DNA of 64,000 nt from Raillietiella orientalis. Taxonomy: Eukaryota. The translations under genes and the position numbers were made by a program. Positions within the stretch are counted from its first letter, which is position 1. Each line of letters opens with the position of its first letter. Shown piece after piece: positions 1-12,625 of the stretch. Under the pieces are notes generated by a model. That model saw only the letters and a list, made by a program, of their open reading frames with translations. It was not told where the DNA came from and ran no database searches. The stretch covers positions 11,346,001-11,410,000 of the forward strand of contig JAYWIR010000001.1 of assembly GCA_036172245.1 (NCBI GenBank). The letters are read 5' to 3'.

Positions 1-1044
1 TCTTCTTCCCATCCCTGCTCTTTTCCCTCTTCCCGTTCGTCCTGTCACTGGGTGGGGTTTCGCCTCGCACAGTGCCATCCCCTTCCACCGTGTCCACACC
101 TTCTTTCCGTAGCACGTCCAGAAACGAGGGTTCCGATCTGGAGGAGGGGGAGAAGGACAAGCAGTTTTCCAGATCGACACGGTTCGTCTCCCGGTAAGCA
201 GGGCTGCACAGCTCTTCCGGGCGCTCGACGAATGCCTGCTTCAGGTCGCGCATCATCTTCTTGCGGATCGTCTTCTTCATGGACAGATGCCTCTCAAGAT
301 GGCGGAATTCCTTGCTGGCGTCGCGAAGAGGGGAGGGAAAGGTGGTGGTCTCCGCCGCTACCCATTCGTCCGGAGCGCCGAAGATGTCCCTCACGTGCGG
401 GATCGACTTCTGCATACCCTGGTCAGGACCTGAAAGAGAAACCGGAAGAGAAAGAAAGAGCAAGGACGGAAACAAAGACAAATAAAAACAGCGGCAACCG
501 CCTGCAGTTTGGGGTTCGAAATGGGGGGAGCATGCCCCTGCAACCTCCGGAGGCACGATGGCGAGGAATGTGCGTTCGTAGTCCAGGAACCTGCTGCCCG
601 GCCTCCTCGACTTTCATTTTTGGAAGTTTCCGTGACGGGTGCCTCGCACGGCCCACGCGCAAATCGCCCGCACGGGAGGAACGTGATGCTTGGAGTATGT
701 CTGGCTATCCTTTTTTTTTTGTTTGCTCGTCGAAACGGAAGGCAAGGAGCGAACAGAGAGGTCGCTGCAGAGCGTCCGCGGCTCGCTACACAAAGCGGCT
801 CGACAAACGAACTCCCGACCCTCTCTCTCCGATCGTAAGCAAAGGCTCGGCGCCGCAGATATGGCGGCTGGGAGAGCACTGAGCATGCCAGCGAGCGGCA
901 GAAGCGTGAAACGTCGTGTCCGAAGCGTTCTGGGGCGGCGTCAGCATCCCCCCAAGTGAGGGAACACTGCGTCCCCGCGAGGAGGCAGCTCGCTTCGCGT
1001 GGAGGACGTGATAAACGTCCCCTGGGAAAGAAACCGACAGAACC

Positions 1045-1608
1045 ATGGAATCTCTCTTCTCACTCCCATCTCCCCGTCTTGATTCCGGAAATCCTCTGGA
1101 TGTGAAAGGATTCCTTTCGGAATCCGTGGAAAGGAAAAAACAACAACAACAACCAGAAATGTTTCGTGGACGCTTCCAACCACTTGAAGAGACTCCCGTG
1201 CTGCTGCCAGTGTGTTTCGAACTGGTCTGCAACCGCCGAGGTGAATTCCGCCTTTTTCACGACAGCTTGCACGAAGGAAAACGCCATCCGAATGCCAAGG
1301 TGTCGATACTGATTTGTTCTTTAGGCCGACTCTCATTTCGATGCTGCACACAGCATCCCTGCAGTTGCACAACCAAGCGCAAGCAGAATTCCAATTTCGT
1401 AAGTGTCGCACCATTTGAATTTACATCCTTTATCAAAGAATTACTCAAGGACATTCGGAAAATAACAACAAAGACAAAATGGTAAGTAAAGCAATAACAA
1501 ACTTGCGAATGTACCTTCACATCACGTGGGCATGGGGATCGCAGGAAAAGATCCATAAAGCTTGCCACTCACGCTGCGTGTAAACAGAACAAGGCAAAGG
1601 ATTCCTGA
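1045..1608 (+). CDS. Small multi-exon gene (or 3' part of a longer gene), product unknown; reading frame ambiguous
   Basis: Candidate GT-AG introns at 1241-1265 (25 nt), 1300-1324 (25 nt), 1399-1438 (40 nt, GTAAGT donor) and 1482-1544 (63 nt, GTAAGT donor). Splicing all four keeps the frame from ATG 1045 open to TGA 1606-1608. An alternative frame stays open to TAA 1581-1583. AATAAA at 1658-1663 and 1755-1760. Confidence 0.45.
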
Positions 1609-4499
1609 TCGGAACAAAACTCTCGTTACCATGCATTCTCAAGCGCAGTGATGCCAGAATAAATCAAGTGTACTTCTTGATGAAAGGGACACTTGTTTGC
1701 AGTAAATGTTTTGGAGCAATTTAAACTGAATTCGAGTCCGAACGTATCTATCGCAATAAATTGAAGAGCACATATTGTTTTGCTGTCTTCTTTATTCGAA
1801 GCGCTAAATTCGTTGCCAGAATATGTACAAACTGTTTATTTACATCCGCACGCAAAACATCGTTTAAAGGTCCGGTACCCATTTCCTCACGAGTTTAGCG
1901 CATGGAATCTTGTAAGGGCTCAAAAAAAAAAAAAAAAAAAATGGAAAAAAAGGACAAGAACTACAACCATGGGTAGAGAGAAAGACAATAAGACAACACC
2001 AGAATAAATTCACGGGATTTGTAGGAGGAGCAGCTTCGTAAAAAAGGAAAAATTCAATCTGGAAATCTACAAGGAAAAATTCTTCGGTACACCTGGAAAC
2101 ATCCTAAGAAGTTCATTTTTCCCAAAAGACAAGCTATCTATTTTTATTTTCTTAATTAAGTGGGGAACCCTGATCAAAAATCCAACTACAATGGTTGGTT
2201 TTTCCATTGTTGTCTATTTCCATCTATGATTGTTGCTTTTCGGTCAACAATGCTTCACGTTGTCACTCGCGAATGCTCGCGCACTTTGCGAGCGCTTACG
2301 CGGGACGGCAAAAGGGAAAACGTTCGGGAGCATTTTGGCCGACGGGGGGTCTCCCGAGCTGCGCTCCATGAGCGCTCATGTTAGTTTGAATCTCGTCGAA
2401 TGGGTTGCCGACTGCACCAAACGGTTCGTTCTGGCCACGGATCGCTCATCTGCACGCCGGACGGTGTTCCTGCTTGCGGTGAATGGGGGATCGCACGCGC
2501 GAGGCACGGTTTCCTTCGCTATCGAGAAAGCTCTCACGAGCAGCATTGCCAAGCTCGCCGCTGGCGGAAAGTGGCAAACAGTCTCTCGGGATCACGAAAT
2601 GCCCATTTGCGTGTCGAAGAAGGATGGAATCGACGCCGGAGCGAACGGGTTGTAAGGAGTTCATGGGGCCGCTCCACAAAGTCGCAAGCTGTGACGTGGG
2701 GAGGACGTGTCTTCCCGTCGCGGGACTTGGCAGGAAGGCGCGAGAGGGAATTTCGCGAAGCAGAGAGAGAGATCCAGGCTCGAAACTGGACGTGAGTTTT
2801 CAGAGGAACCGAAGCCGAGGTTCCCCTTCGGCGACCGGTTGGAAACCCAGGGCGCTTTGGGTCACTCCGCAGTCGCGAGACGCGGACCGGCAATTTCGCT
2901 TTCCCCTTTCTCGCCGCCGTGGAGGTCGTCTCGCGGGACTTCCGGGAAGGCTCGTGCCGAACGCCTTGGGAACCTCAGGGATCCGAGCGCGAACCTTTCC
3001 CCTCCGTTCGCGTCGCTTCCGACCGGCGCTTGCAGCGCTCCATCCGGCCGTCTCCCGCCGTCGTTGCCACGCGCCTCCCGCGCGCGTCTGGACGTTCCGG
3101 CGCTTCGAGGCGCGCAGCTCCTCCGCCGGAGCGGACCGCCGCGTCGCCGCCTCCGGGACCAGTGGAGGAGGAAGGGCGTGTCCGACGGCCGCCCTACAGG
3201 GACGCCCACGCTATCTTCAAACTTCTGCGGATCCAGCAGCTATGGCCCCCGCGCGCGCGCAACTCTCCGGGCGGAGGGGCGCTCAGGGAACGTGCCGCGC
3301 GCTCGCAAGCCCAAGTACCCCGTGCGTTGCTCCCCCCCACCTTCCTCTATGTGTCGCGCCACCCACTCTCTCGGATCCAGGAGGGCTTCCCGGTCCCACA
3401 CGTCCCTCGTTCCTCCCGCGGACGTGCCTCGCAGAAGGCGTCCGCTCGCAGCGCCAGCAGGCCCGATGGCGGACGGAGAGCGAAAGCCGCCTCAGGGAAG
3501 AGGTAAGGAAGGAAGGAAGGTGGGGGAGGAGGGAGAGTCGGCCGGTGCGACTCACCCATCCATTGGCAGAGTATGCCCCGAGGGCGTTCTGTGGATGGGC
3601 GCCTCAAGTCGGAGGAAGCAACTTCCCTCTGGAGGCTCGAAGGGACCCTCCCGCTTCCCACCCCACCCTGCTTCGTCAAGGGACTCGCCTTCCTTGGGGC
3701 CCGGGGGCGGGCCGCGCCACTGTTGACCTCGAACGGCCGTCCTCATTCTGAGCGCGGGGGTGATCCTCGTCCCTTTCCCTGGTCCCGGTCCCTCCCTCGC
3801 CCCGCCCCCACCGCCGTACCTTTCGTCGCCGACTGCGATCTCCAGCGGCGTCCACCAGGCGGAGCGCGCGATCCTCGCCGACGGCTGGCTCCGCGCGTCG
3901 TCACGGCAACGCGACTGCTCGCCACCTGGGCGAGCTCTCTACGAACTGGATAGACGCCTGGGGGCCTTTTTCTGCCGCTTGCCAGGCAGCGGACCGTCAC
4001 GCGCGCGTGCATGCGTGCATGCGTGCGTGCGCATGTGCTCGACCGCCCTGCATGAGATGGGGGGGGGAGGAGGGGAGGTCGACCTGCATGTGACCACGCG
4101 CCCAGGTCGGCCGGTCCTTTTCGCTTTCCCACCCAAAGGGAACTCCACCGTCGCCGGCTCTGCCTCCCTGGGGTAGAAGCGGACACCCTCCATCCCCTTC
4201 GCCCTCGTGAGGGAGGGGCAACTCGGACAGACGCGCCGACAAGAGGAGGGGGAGGGGGCAGCGGAAACGGCGGCATCCGATTGCGTCATCGTCCCGGGAT
4301 TTCCACTTCCGCTTGCCCGCCGGCGGTGGCCTTGCGCAACCTCCGGTGCCCCGGGCTGCGCGGGACGCGCCTCTGCCTCCTCAGAGTTCCCCCTCTTCCG
4401 GCGTGCAGGAGGACCCAGGGGCGATTCTGCCCCCCCCCCCGTTCCTCTCCACAGGTAGGAGGTGGTGGCGGTGGTCAGGGTAGCCTGCAGCCGGGAGCC

Positions 4500-6050
4500 T
4501 CCGGGTAGCACCCTATTCCTCACCCCCCCTTGCCAGGCTCGGAAGGCATCCCGCCGGGCAAGGACCGTGCCAGTTCCCGAACTCCGTTCGCCCATGCGTT
4601 GACCCTCCTCCTCCTTCCTGGCACTCTCTGGACCCTGCCGACCTCGGGCAGATGAGGGCGCCACCCTCCCGAGCGGAGCAGGCGTCGATTCGCAGCGGTT
4701 CCCGCGAGCGGACACTGAAAGAAGGTCGCGCGGACCCCTGCCGCCCTTCCCCTCCGGGCTGGACGAGCCAGGCCCATGCGGAGGCAAGTGCATCTCTGGC
4801 ACTCGCAATGGGAAGGCGGGGTCGCTGGGCATCGATCTGATCGGCATTGCTCGAGGGGGAAGCCGCGCGAGAGTACTCCTCGGAGCCGCTGCGGGTGGCG
4901 GTGTCCTCTCCAGCCCGGGGTCCGCAACGGCAGCGGAGGGAGAGCCCTGTCTCCCTCTGGATCCTCCCCTGAGACCCGTCTGGGGTCTCTCCTCCCCCTT
5001 ACCACCTCCCTGCTATTCCTCGTCTCGCCGCGGTCGGGCAGCGCCGGTAGGCAACGAGAGCACGCGCGCCGCAGTCCCGCTGCTGGAGAACGGCTGAAGG
5101 CGATGATGGAGGCGCGGCATCCGGAAGGCCCGCTCCGGGGCTGCCCCGTCGCGGGCACGGAGGGACCACAGCAGGGTCGGAGCAGCAGCCCGGGGAGAAG
5201 GAAGCCCTGCAGCTGGCAGGCAAAGGCCCTCGAGAGTGGGTCGCTGCGGGACACGTGTGAAGGCACCGGACGACGCATACGACAACGATAGTAGTGAAAT
5301 GACGACGCCGACAACGCCGAAATGATGACTGTGATGACGATCACAACAACGACAATGCGAAATGATGACGACGACGATGACGATGACTATAACGACTTCA
5401 GCGATGATGAAGCGATGATGCCGATGGCGGCGCCAGCGACGATGACGGTGAGATGACGATGGCGATTGGCGAAGAAGGCAGGAAGGAGAAATCTCTTCCT
5501 CGCCAGCGCGAGAGCACCCTCTCGCGTGCTCCGCTCTTCGCGAGGGTTGGAAGGGAGGACCATCGCTTCAAGGACGTCGGCAGAGGACGCTGTGCCACTG
5601 AGGGCATTGCGGGGACCCCGTCGTTTCGGCGCGCTCGACCTCGGCCCGATGCGGGCGGAGGGGGAGCCAACGGGTCGCTGGGGAGTATCTGGCAGCAGCT
5701 CGCGCTGTGTCCGCCGAGGGGAGAGGCCGGTCAATCGATCGCAGGCGTGGCGGCGGTGGTGGGTGCTCAGGGTAGGCGCACGTCCAGAGGATACCCCACG
5801 CGGGTCACGGCGGGTCCCCCCGGACGGTTCCCGGCGGAGGACCTTCTCCTGCCCGGAATCGCCGACGGCTTCGTCCGAGACGGCCTCCAAGGAGCGTCCA
5901 GGCCCCCGGGGGGTGACGCGGACGCGGATTTCCGGCACAGGTCAGGGGCGCGTGCTCCCTCCGAGCTGCTGCGGCTATCGCCGTGCGGTGCGACCCCGCC
6001 CCGGAGGAAATCTCCGTTGTCCCGGGAGACCTCGATCCCCGAGGCTCCTG
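4500..6050 (+). mobile_element. Decayed Penelope-like element relic (RT motif B to linker)
   Basis: LALAMG at 4796-4813 (cf. PLE GLAMGSP). SRGYP near 5786 (cf. NGYP), then DLLLPGIADGFVRDGLQ (cf. LPYVKGLSEKL) in ORF 5453..6688. Interrupted by a (GAY)n tract. Confidence 0.5.
5270..5465 (+). repeat. Degenerate (GAY)n trinucleotide microsatellite
   Basis: Runs such as gatgacgacgacgatgacgatgac and gatgatgaagcgatgatgccgatg with frame slips and in-frame stops. Confidence 0.85.
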
Positions 6051-7299
6051 CAGGAGCGGGCCAACCAGCCCCAAGGGAGGCAGGGGGCAAGCGGTCAGCG
6101 CACCATCCTCCCCCCGCCGTCCTTTCCCGTTTCCCCTCCACTCCCGAGTGTGGGAGGGTGGCGGTGATGCTGGCGTCCCCAGGCTTTCCGGCCCGAGCGG
6201 CCGGGTTGCCTAGGAGACATCCCGGCCAACTTCCTCCTTCCCTGCCCCCGACTAAGCCCGCTCTTCCGCGACGCGACAAGGAAAACCCCGCGCGTGCAGT
6301 GCCATCTCCGAGAGGTCCCGCGAACCTACCCCCATCCTTTCTCCCCCCTTCCGTGGCTCCGCCGCCGACCAAGTATCCCTGGCGCGTCGGCTTGGCACCT
6401 GCGTGCCTCCGTGAGGGAGCCATGAGGCGCCTCCGGAAGAAGCGGAATGGACTTCTCCCTTCTTTGGGGAAAAGATCTCGGGGTCTCGAAAGAGCGTGGC
6501 AACCAGTGCCTCCGGCGTCCGTTGCTTCTGCTCGGCCGGGAGATCCGGAAGAAGGCAAAGGGACCCGGTTTGAGGAAGAGGCCAGTCGACGCCACCTTCC
6601 ACCAACCTTGCCTCTCGGCCTTTCCTCACCGGTGCACCACGGCCCTTTGCCTTTTTCGAGAAGCGACCCTGACCTCGACCTCCTGTGAGGGGGCGCACGT
6701 GAGCGCGCCTCTGGACCCTCTGGAAATGCGCGTGTCTCCTGGGGCAGACTCCGATCTCCCCTCACTCGCCCTTGGCCGCTACTAAAGGGTCGCCTCACCC
6801 TCCGTGCGAGGGCTCCGCTTCGCCGTTGCGAGGAGCGAGCGAAGAGGTGCGTAGGTGGGCGCAACTGTGATCTGGAGAAAGGGAAGGGAGGGGGTACCCT
6901 CATCATCTCCTTGATCCTCGGCTTTGTCTCGACTCTGGACGCTCCACCGCCTTTGCTTCCTAAAGGCTCCCGGCTTCCCGGGGTCATTCGTCCTTCCTCA
7001 GCCTCCTCCCTGGAGGTTAAGGCTGGGGCTGCGCTTGGAGATACCGGAGGGTGGGGAGGGGAGGAGACATCGGGGTATCGAGGAGGAGTGCGTCTTTCGG
7101 ATAGACCGAAGGCGGCAGAAACGCTGCAGACGTGAATAGCGACGACCTCGCGGTCACCTGAGCCCGGAGCGTTTCTTTTCGATCTCAAGAACCTGGGGTT
7201 CGAGGAAAGGCGTGGGGAAGGGGAGAGAAGGTTCAAAGTGAAGCGCGATGCCCGAAATGTGGAAGGAAGAAGGCCTCTGGAGAAAGGTTACTGGTCCAG

Positions 7300-8960
7300 A
7301 GAAGATGAGGATTTCCGCACGTGATCAGTCGAGCAAGTCTCTCTCCCCTTCCTTTTCCTCCTCGCTTCCTTTCCTCCTCGCTTCCTTTCCGCAGGACTGC
7401 CTTCGCGGTCAGGGACGGTGACTCTGCTGACTCGGGGACGAGTGATCACCGGGGAGAGGGAGCGAAGGGAGGATGAGGGCGCAGGGCGACTCCGCATGGA
7501 TCGAGGGACGCTTCGTCGCAGGAGCGAAGGGGGAAAGAGAGGAAGCCCCGAGTTGCTCCGCTATGTCAGCGGAAGGAAGCCGTAGAAAGCCCGCGGTCAG
7601 GATGTGTCAGTCGCAAAGGATAAAAAGAGGAGGGAGAGAGAAAGAGGAGGGAGGGAGGAGGAGGAAAGAAGCAAAGAGCATCTTGACTGCCATCTTATGG
7701 AGGTGCCGCAACGCACTCGCTCTGAATAGGCGGGCTCTTCGCGAGCGGTCGGCGAAACGGCTCGTCCTGCATGAGGGACCGGGAGGTTCCTCTGTCTGGT
7801 GAGCCGCCAGCTACGAAGCGGAGAAAGGGGCTGTCAGGTGGTTCCTCCAGGTGGCATCCCGATTGCTTCCTCGACCCTCTACGCGAGGACGCGGAATTTT
7901 CGCTGGTTCGATATCCCCCTTTCCCTCCCTCTTTCCTCCTCTTCGCCTCCTCGGCCGCCACTGATGCGTCCGAATCGAGAGGGAGTCGTCCTGGGCGTGT
8001 CTCCAGAAAGGGACTTCCCCGTAAGAAAGGAAGAACCGCTCAGGAGAAGCGCGAGAGCAACGGGCACCCTTGGCAGGAAACTCCCCCCCGTCTCCCTCTC
8101 TTTCAGAGTTACCAGGCAGCCGGATCGGCGGCAGCGATCCTGGAGAACAGGCACTGCGGGTGACACCCTACCACCACCACCTGCGGAAAGCAACGGAAGG
8201 CCGGACCAGTTCGTCTCCGTTGGTCACACTCCTTGAGTCTAACTGCAGCCTTCTTGAGGACCGTCTGTGAGGCAACCAGGCCGAGTTTGTTGTCTCCCAG
8301 GTGGTGCGGGGAAAGTTCGCGAGCAGACGGGCGACCCCTGAGGGGGTCGTTGGGTAGCTATGCGAGGGTCGGCAGGACACCCCTCCGCTCTTCAATTCCA
8401 CCGAAGGAAGTCCTCTCGTCCCCCGAACGCGCGGAGGAGGGCGTGGTCTCGATCAGGAAGAGGACGGCGGGCGACTTAAGGAGCTCGCAGGGAAGGAAGC
8501 CTCTGGAGTGATGCTGAGCTGAGGAGCTTTGCAGGTTGCACGTGCGTCCCGCGTGCGATGGGAGAGGACGGGATGGGGGGAGGGGCTGGAGACCGGCGGC
8601 AGTTGCGCCCTCTCGCTTTGACCCTCTCCTCGACGGGCGGGAAACCAACGGAGCTCGGCTTCCTGTCATGGACGCAGGCCGCCCCTTCCCAGATCGAGCC
8701 GCAGCACCGCAACCGGACCGAACCTCATCGGGACTACCTGACCCCTGGCTCTGAGGGAAGGGCAGCGACTCTTCTATGGAACGAGCGAGAAGTCTCGTCC
8801 TCCGAAAGGCGGATGGGGAGAACGAAAAGGGGAGGAGGAGAGTCGCTCGAGATCAAGCAGACGACAGCAACAAGGAGCACACCAGGCGTTAATAAGCGAA
8901 ATAACCGCCTCGAGGAGTCGCGTTGGGCTCTAGAAAGCCAGGATCCAAAGCGAGGCCGGG
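7300..8960 (+). mobile_element. Decayed Penelope-like element relic (RT plus GIY-YIG endonuclease)
   Basis: GGIPIASS...FRWFD at ~7850 (motif B) and SLSFRVTRQPD (cf. IKFTVE). ORF 8558..8968 reads MGEDG...KPTELGFLSW...LLWNEREVSSSERRMGRTKRGGGESLEIKQ...NKRNNRLEESRW, matching the order IGETG / SALAEH / W..V.IL..E...RK..ESLEIK / NRD.G...W of the PLE GIY-YIG C-terminus. Confidence 0.65.
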
Positions 8961-9199
8961 CACGCTAGGAAGCGCAGGAGGAAGCTGCCGCCCTGCTTTC
9001 CAGGAGTCGGAGGTCATGGCAGTAAGTGGGGTATCAGAATCTTCTGTGCGCATCCCCTTCCCCCACCGGCTTGAAGCCCACAGGGGCGAAAATTGACGGA
9101 GGAGACCATCAGGAAGAGAAGAGGAGGAGGAAGACCGTGCCAGGGCGCGGTGCTGGCACACGCCTGTCACCTGACCGCCGTTCACGCGCCCCGCCGCCG

Positions 9200-10200
9200 C
9201 CAAGCGCACCGAGTTGCCACCGGAGGAGGGCGGACTCATCTCCCCGCGAATAGGAAACGGCCGCTGCCAGGCCGCCTCCTTCTTCCCAGGGAACCGCGGG
9301 CCGGGCTGAGCGGGCGTTCGGTGTCCCCGTTGAAGGCTGCCGCGCCCGCAATTTTCCAGCGGGCGTCTCCTCAGTGGTGCTCCACGGAGAGTCCGGCTTT
9401 CTCCGGCGGGGGAGCGCACGCCAACGAGCCGGCGAAGCTCCTCGCGTCTCGAGGAGGCAGAGGGCAGGGTCTCCTGCGCGCGAGAGACAAGGCCTGGGGA
9501 TGCACGCGCCGGACGCCGGAAGCGGCGCAGCAGCCGCATGCTTCGCGATCTGCTGGCCAGGTAAGGTACCGGCAGGAAGGAGCTGGGAGACTCTCTGAAT
9601 TCAGAAAAGAGATCCTCCATCCACGTGAGGGCCTGCTGGGGAGGTGACCCGCAGTGAACCGAGCCGTGCCATGGGCGTGACGGCCCCCGGGGGAGGGGAA
9701 TAAGGAGGAGGCGCCTGCGAGCGAAGTGCGCCAGCCGAACGGGCGCTGCCGGGTCGAGAGCTCTCGGCTGGGGGGTAGAATGGCGGACGGATCCCGTCCT
9801 GCCCGTAAGAGGAAGGAAGAGCGGTCCGCAGGCATTTCCGTCCCCCGAAAAGGAACCAGGCGGTCCGGTGCCCGCTCCCCGTCATGCCAGTGTTGCATCT
9901 GACGCCGTTCGGTAGAAACGAGCCTCGCGCTGACTTGGTCATGGCTTGGCTAGGGGGCCGTCGACCCCCTGCGGCGCTTGAGGAACCGAGACGCCTTTGC
10001 ATCGCGTTCCGCCGCTCCGTGCAGAGTCCACGATGGACTCTTATCGTGGCGCCTGGATGATTCGCGCCTGCCCCAGCGTGGAGGGCGGCCGAGGCGGCGG
10101 CCCTGCGGTGTGCCGAACGTGGAAACGACCGTCGAACACTGAGCTCCCTTGGCAGCGTGCTGGAGGACCCGATCCGCAGACCTTCCCTCCGCTTTTCAGA
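9200..10200 (+). mobile_element. Decayed Penelope-like RT relic
   Basis: ESPAF...AKLLAS (cf. GSPTY.LAKYLA) and EILHPREGLL in ORF 9093..9647. ADLVMAWL at ~9929-9952 (cf. ADLVMEXL after motif B). NTELPW at ~10135 (cf. NG.LPF). Confidence 0.55.
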
Positions 10201-11289
10201 TCCTGCGGCGCCAAAGACTTCGACGGACGTCCGGACACGAGAGGGCGATGCGCCGAGGGCTGCCGCCGCACCCCTGTCTTCATCGCCGGGACTTTCCCGA
10301 ACAGGGCGCCACTACAACCTCTAACGACCAGCAAAATGGGGCCAAATTTCCCCTTGGCCGCATCTTCCCGGTCAGTGCTGCCCCCCGCATCCAATCGGTC
10401 AGTTCGAGGAGGGGGGCTCCTCCGCGACCCTCCGGAAGGCTCCCACTCCCCTGGAGCAGCTTCAGCTCCTTGCCGCCAGGTGGATCTCCTTCCGAAGGAG
10501 CGTGCCGCGGCAGGGCTCCCAGTCCCTGAGGAGCCGGCCCCACATTTGCTTTCCCTCCTGCCGTCGATCCTCTGCCCGGCCGCAGTCGTGTCGCTCTCCC
10601 ACCGCTAACAGTACCGGTGGTGCTGGCGGTGATAGCAGTGGTGGTGTCGTTACCACCGACAACACCACTTCCACTTCCCATAGCGGCGTTTTTGCAAGGG
10701 CGGCTGCGGCGCCACGAGCGAACTTCCTCGTGGGAGGCTGCCGCTGGTGTGCGCGTTAGCTGGGGACACCACCTCCCTTGACGCTCATCGACGGTGATGG
10801 GGGATGGGGTGCGTCGTCTTTCTGGCTCTTCGACGGCGTTCCAGTCTCCCGGTGTGCTGAGTTGGGCGCTGCCCCGTCCTCCGAATCCCAGTTCCTCCGT
10901 GATGACTCAAGAGGCATTGCACCTGGGACGCCTTCCTCCTTTCGTCCACGGGGTTTCCGGAAGTTCGGGAACCCCCCAAGATGAGCAGCCTTGACGCAGA
11001 GGCTCGCAGGGGAAACTCGCTGGCTGTGAGTATGGTGGAAGGGAAGGGAGGAGAAAGGAGGAAGGCGGGGTCCTCCTGGAGCTGCTCGGTGAATGCCTGT
11101 GGGTACCTTTCTCCCAGCCCAACCCTCTGAAGCCAGCTGGCAGGAGCGCTCCCTGGTGCGCATGTCGTCCGTTTTTTTGCGTCCCAAGAAAGGCGCCAGA
11201 CCAGGCGTAAGCGAAGGGCAGCGGGGAGGGAGAAGAACGAAATCAGAATAATGACGCCGGCGGGCGAAAAGAAAAGGCTCGGCTGCATG

Positions 11290-12625
11290 GTGACCATGAG
11301 TGAGACCAAAGAGTGGTTTCGGTTAGTACCCTCTTTGGCCACCGCCGGAGGCTCGGGATTCGTTTTTGATGAACGAAAGACGCCCAGAAGGCCATTCGCA
11401 GAAAACTTTCGCTCTCCGGGAGATCAAGAGTGCTCACTCGCTTCCGTGCCTACGAACGTGGCGGATGGTTCCATCCCCGGAAGCCTTTAAGGGGCACGGT
11501 GACTGCTTAGCCTGCCCAACTACGCGCCATTTTAGCCGCCGTATCTGCAGTCGAATCCGATAACTGAAACGTTTGTGAATCGTGACTGGTCACTGTCCTT
11601 CCTACACCTCAGGAAAACTCGGATGAGCAACTCGGATATCAGAAACGGAACGAAGGTAATGAATGTGTCTTCATCCCGCAAGACGGGAGCGACCCTGCGT
11701 CGAAGACAGGAAAAAAACAGAGTACTGGATGGGTTAGGGAATTCCCAGCTATTCCGAATTCCGGAATCAAAAAAGATCGCAATGTGGGGAGACCGCCAGA
11801 GCAGCTACTCGATCGTCACTCATCAGCTTCCTTGTCTACACGCCGTATGGCTCCCGGGAATGAAACGAAGATCGTTTACGGCGCTCGACATAGTTCGGGC
11901 GCGGTCCCCCAGCAACGTGCTGTTATCAGCCATCATCTCGCAATGATTGACGTCCAACTCGTCCGACAGCGGAAACCCAAATGGTTTCCCTGATCCGCGG
12001 CCCAGCATTCAACGAAGTTCCTCTGCAGCAAAGCGCGTGCATGGCCACCTTATCCTGCAGAGTGTGTGGGTGCGGTTTACTTGTAACCTGTTGATGTTGA
12101 GGGGTTGACTCGGATGGGTCGCCACCGATGCGGAGGTGAAACCCAACAGCCACAAAGGCAGACGTGCACATAATAGGCCACTGCTGCCGGAGTTTCTCCC
12201 AGTACTTCCAAAAGCTAAAAGTGACGAGGACCACCTGAGATTCTTTTAGAAAAAATCCTCGGTTATTTGACGTGTCGGTTAGCTGCTTTTCTGAAGAAGA
12301 ATTTCTGGCCACCTCGGATTTTTGCTGTCAGCCTGAATCACTCGTGAAGTTGTTATTGATTACTACGCTTAATCTGAAAAGGTTACCCGCGTGATACGCG
12401 TGCACAGAAAGGGCTGTCGCGACACGAAACCGTTGGCAGCCCTGCACGCGACATGCACAAGTGGTTGCACGCTTCTCGAGTGCTGTTGAATTCTTCGACG
12501 GGACGGTTCGAAATGTTCGCGCCGAAAATCTGATTGCAGATACCTGGGCAAGGAATGCCGTGTTGATGAAAATCAACCTTGACGTTTCAAGGAACGCTTT
12601 TCAGCTTAATTTGTTCCAAATTTAA
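11290..12625 (+). CDS. Gene-like region with multiple short-intron candidates; exon chain not resolved
   Basis: AT-richer composition, several GT...AG candidates of 26-70 nt, and a terminal open frame ...AVEFFDGTVRNVRAENLIADTWARNAVLMKINLDVSRNAFQLNLFQI* ending at TAA 12623-12625. Confidence 0.25.

Noticed and set aside
1460-1560. Homeodomain similarity (TKTKWKRS)
   Set aside because: The WFQNRR motif and the rest of the helix pattern are absent, and the reading frame itself is ambiguous.
1922-1941. Poly-A run as the tail of a retrocopy
   Set aside because: The upstream gene retains introns, and similar A/T homopolymers are scattered throughout the window.
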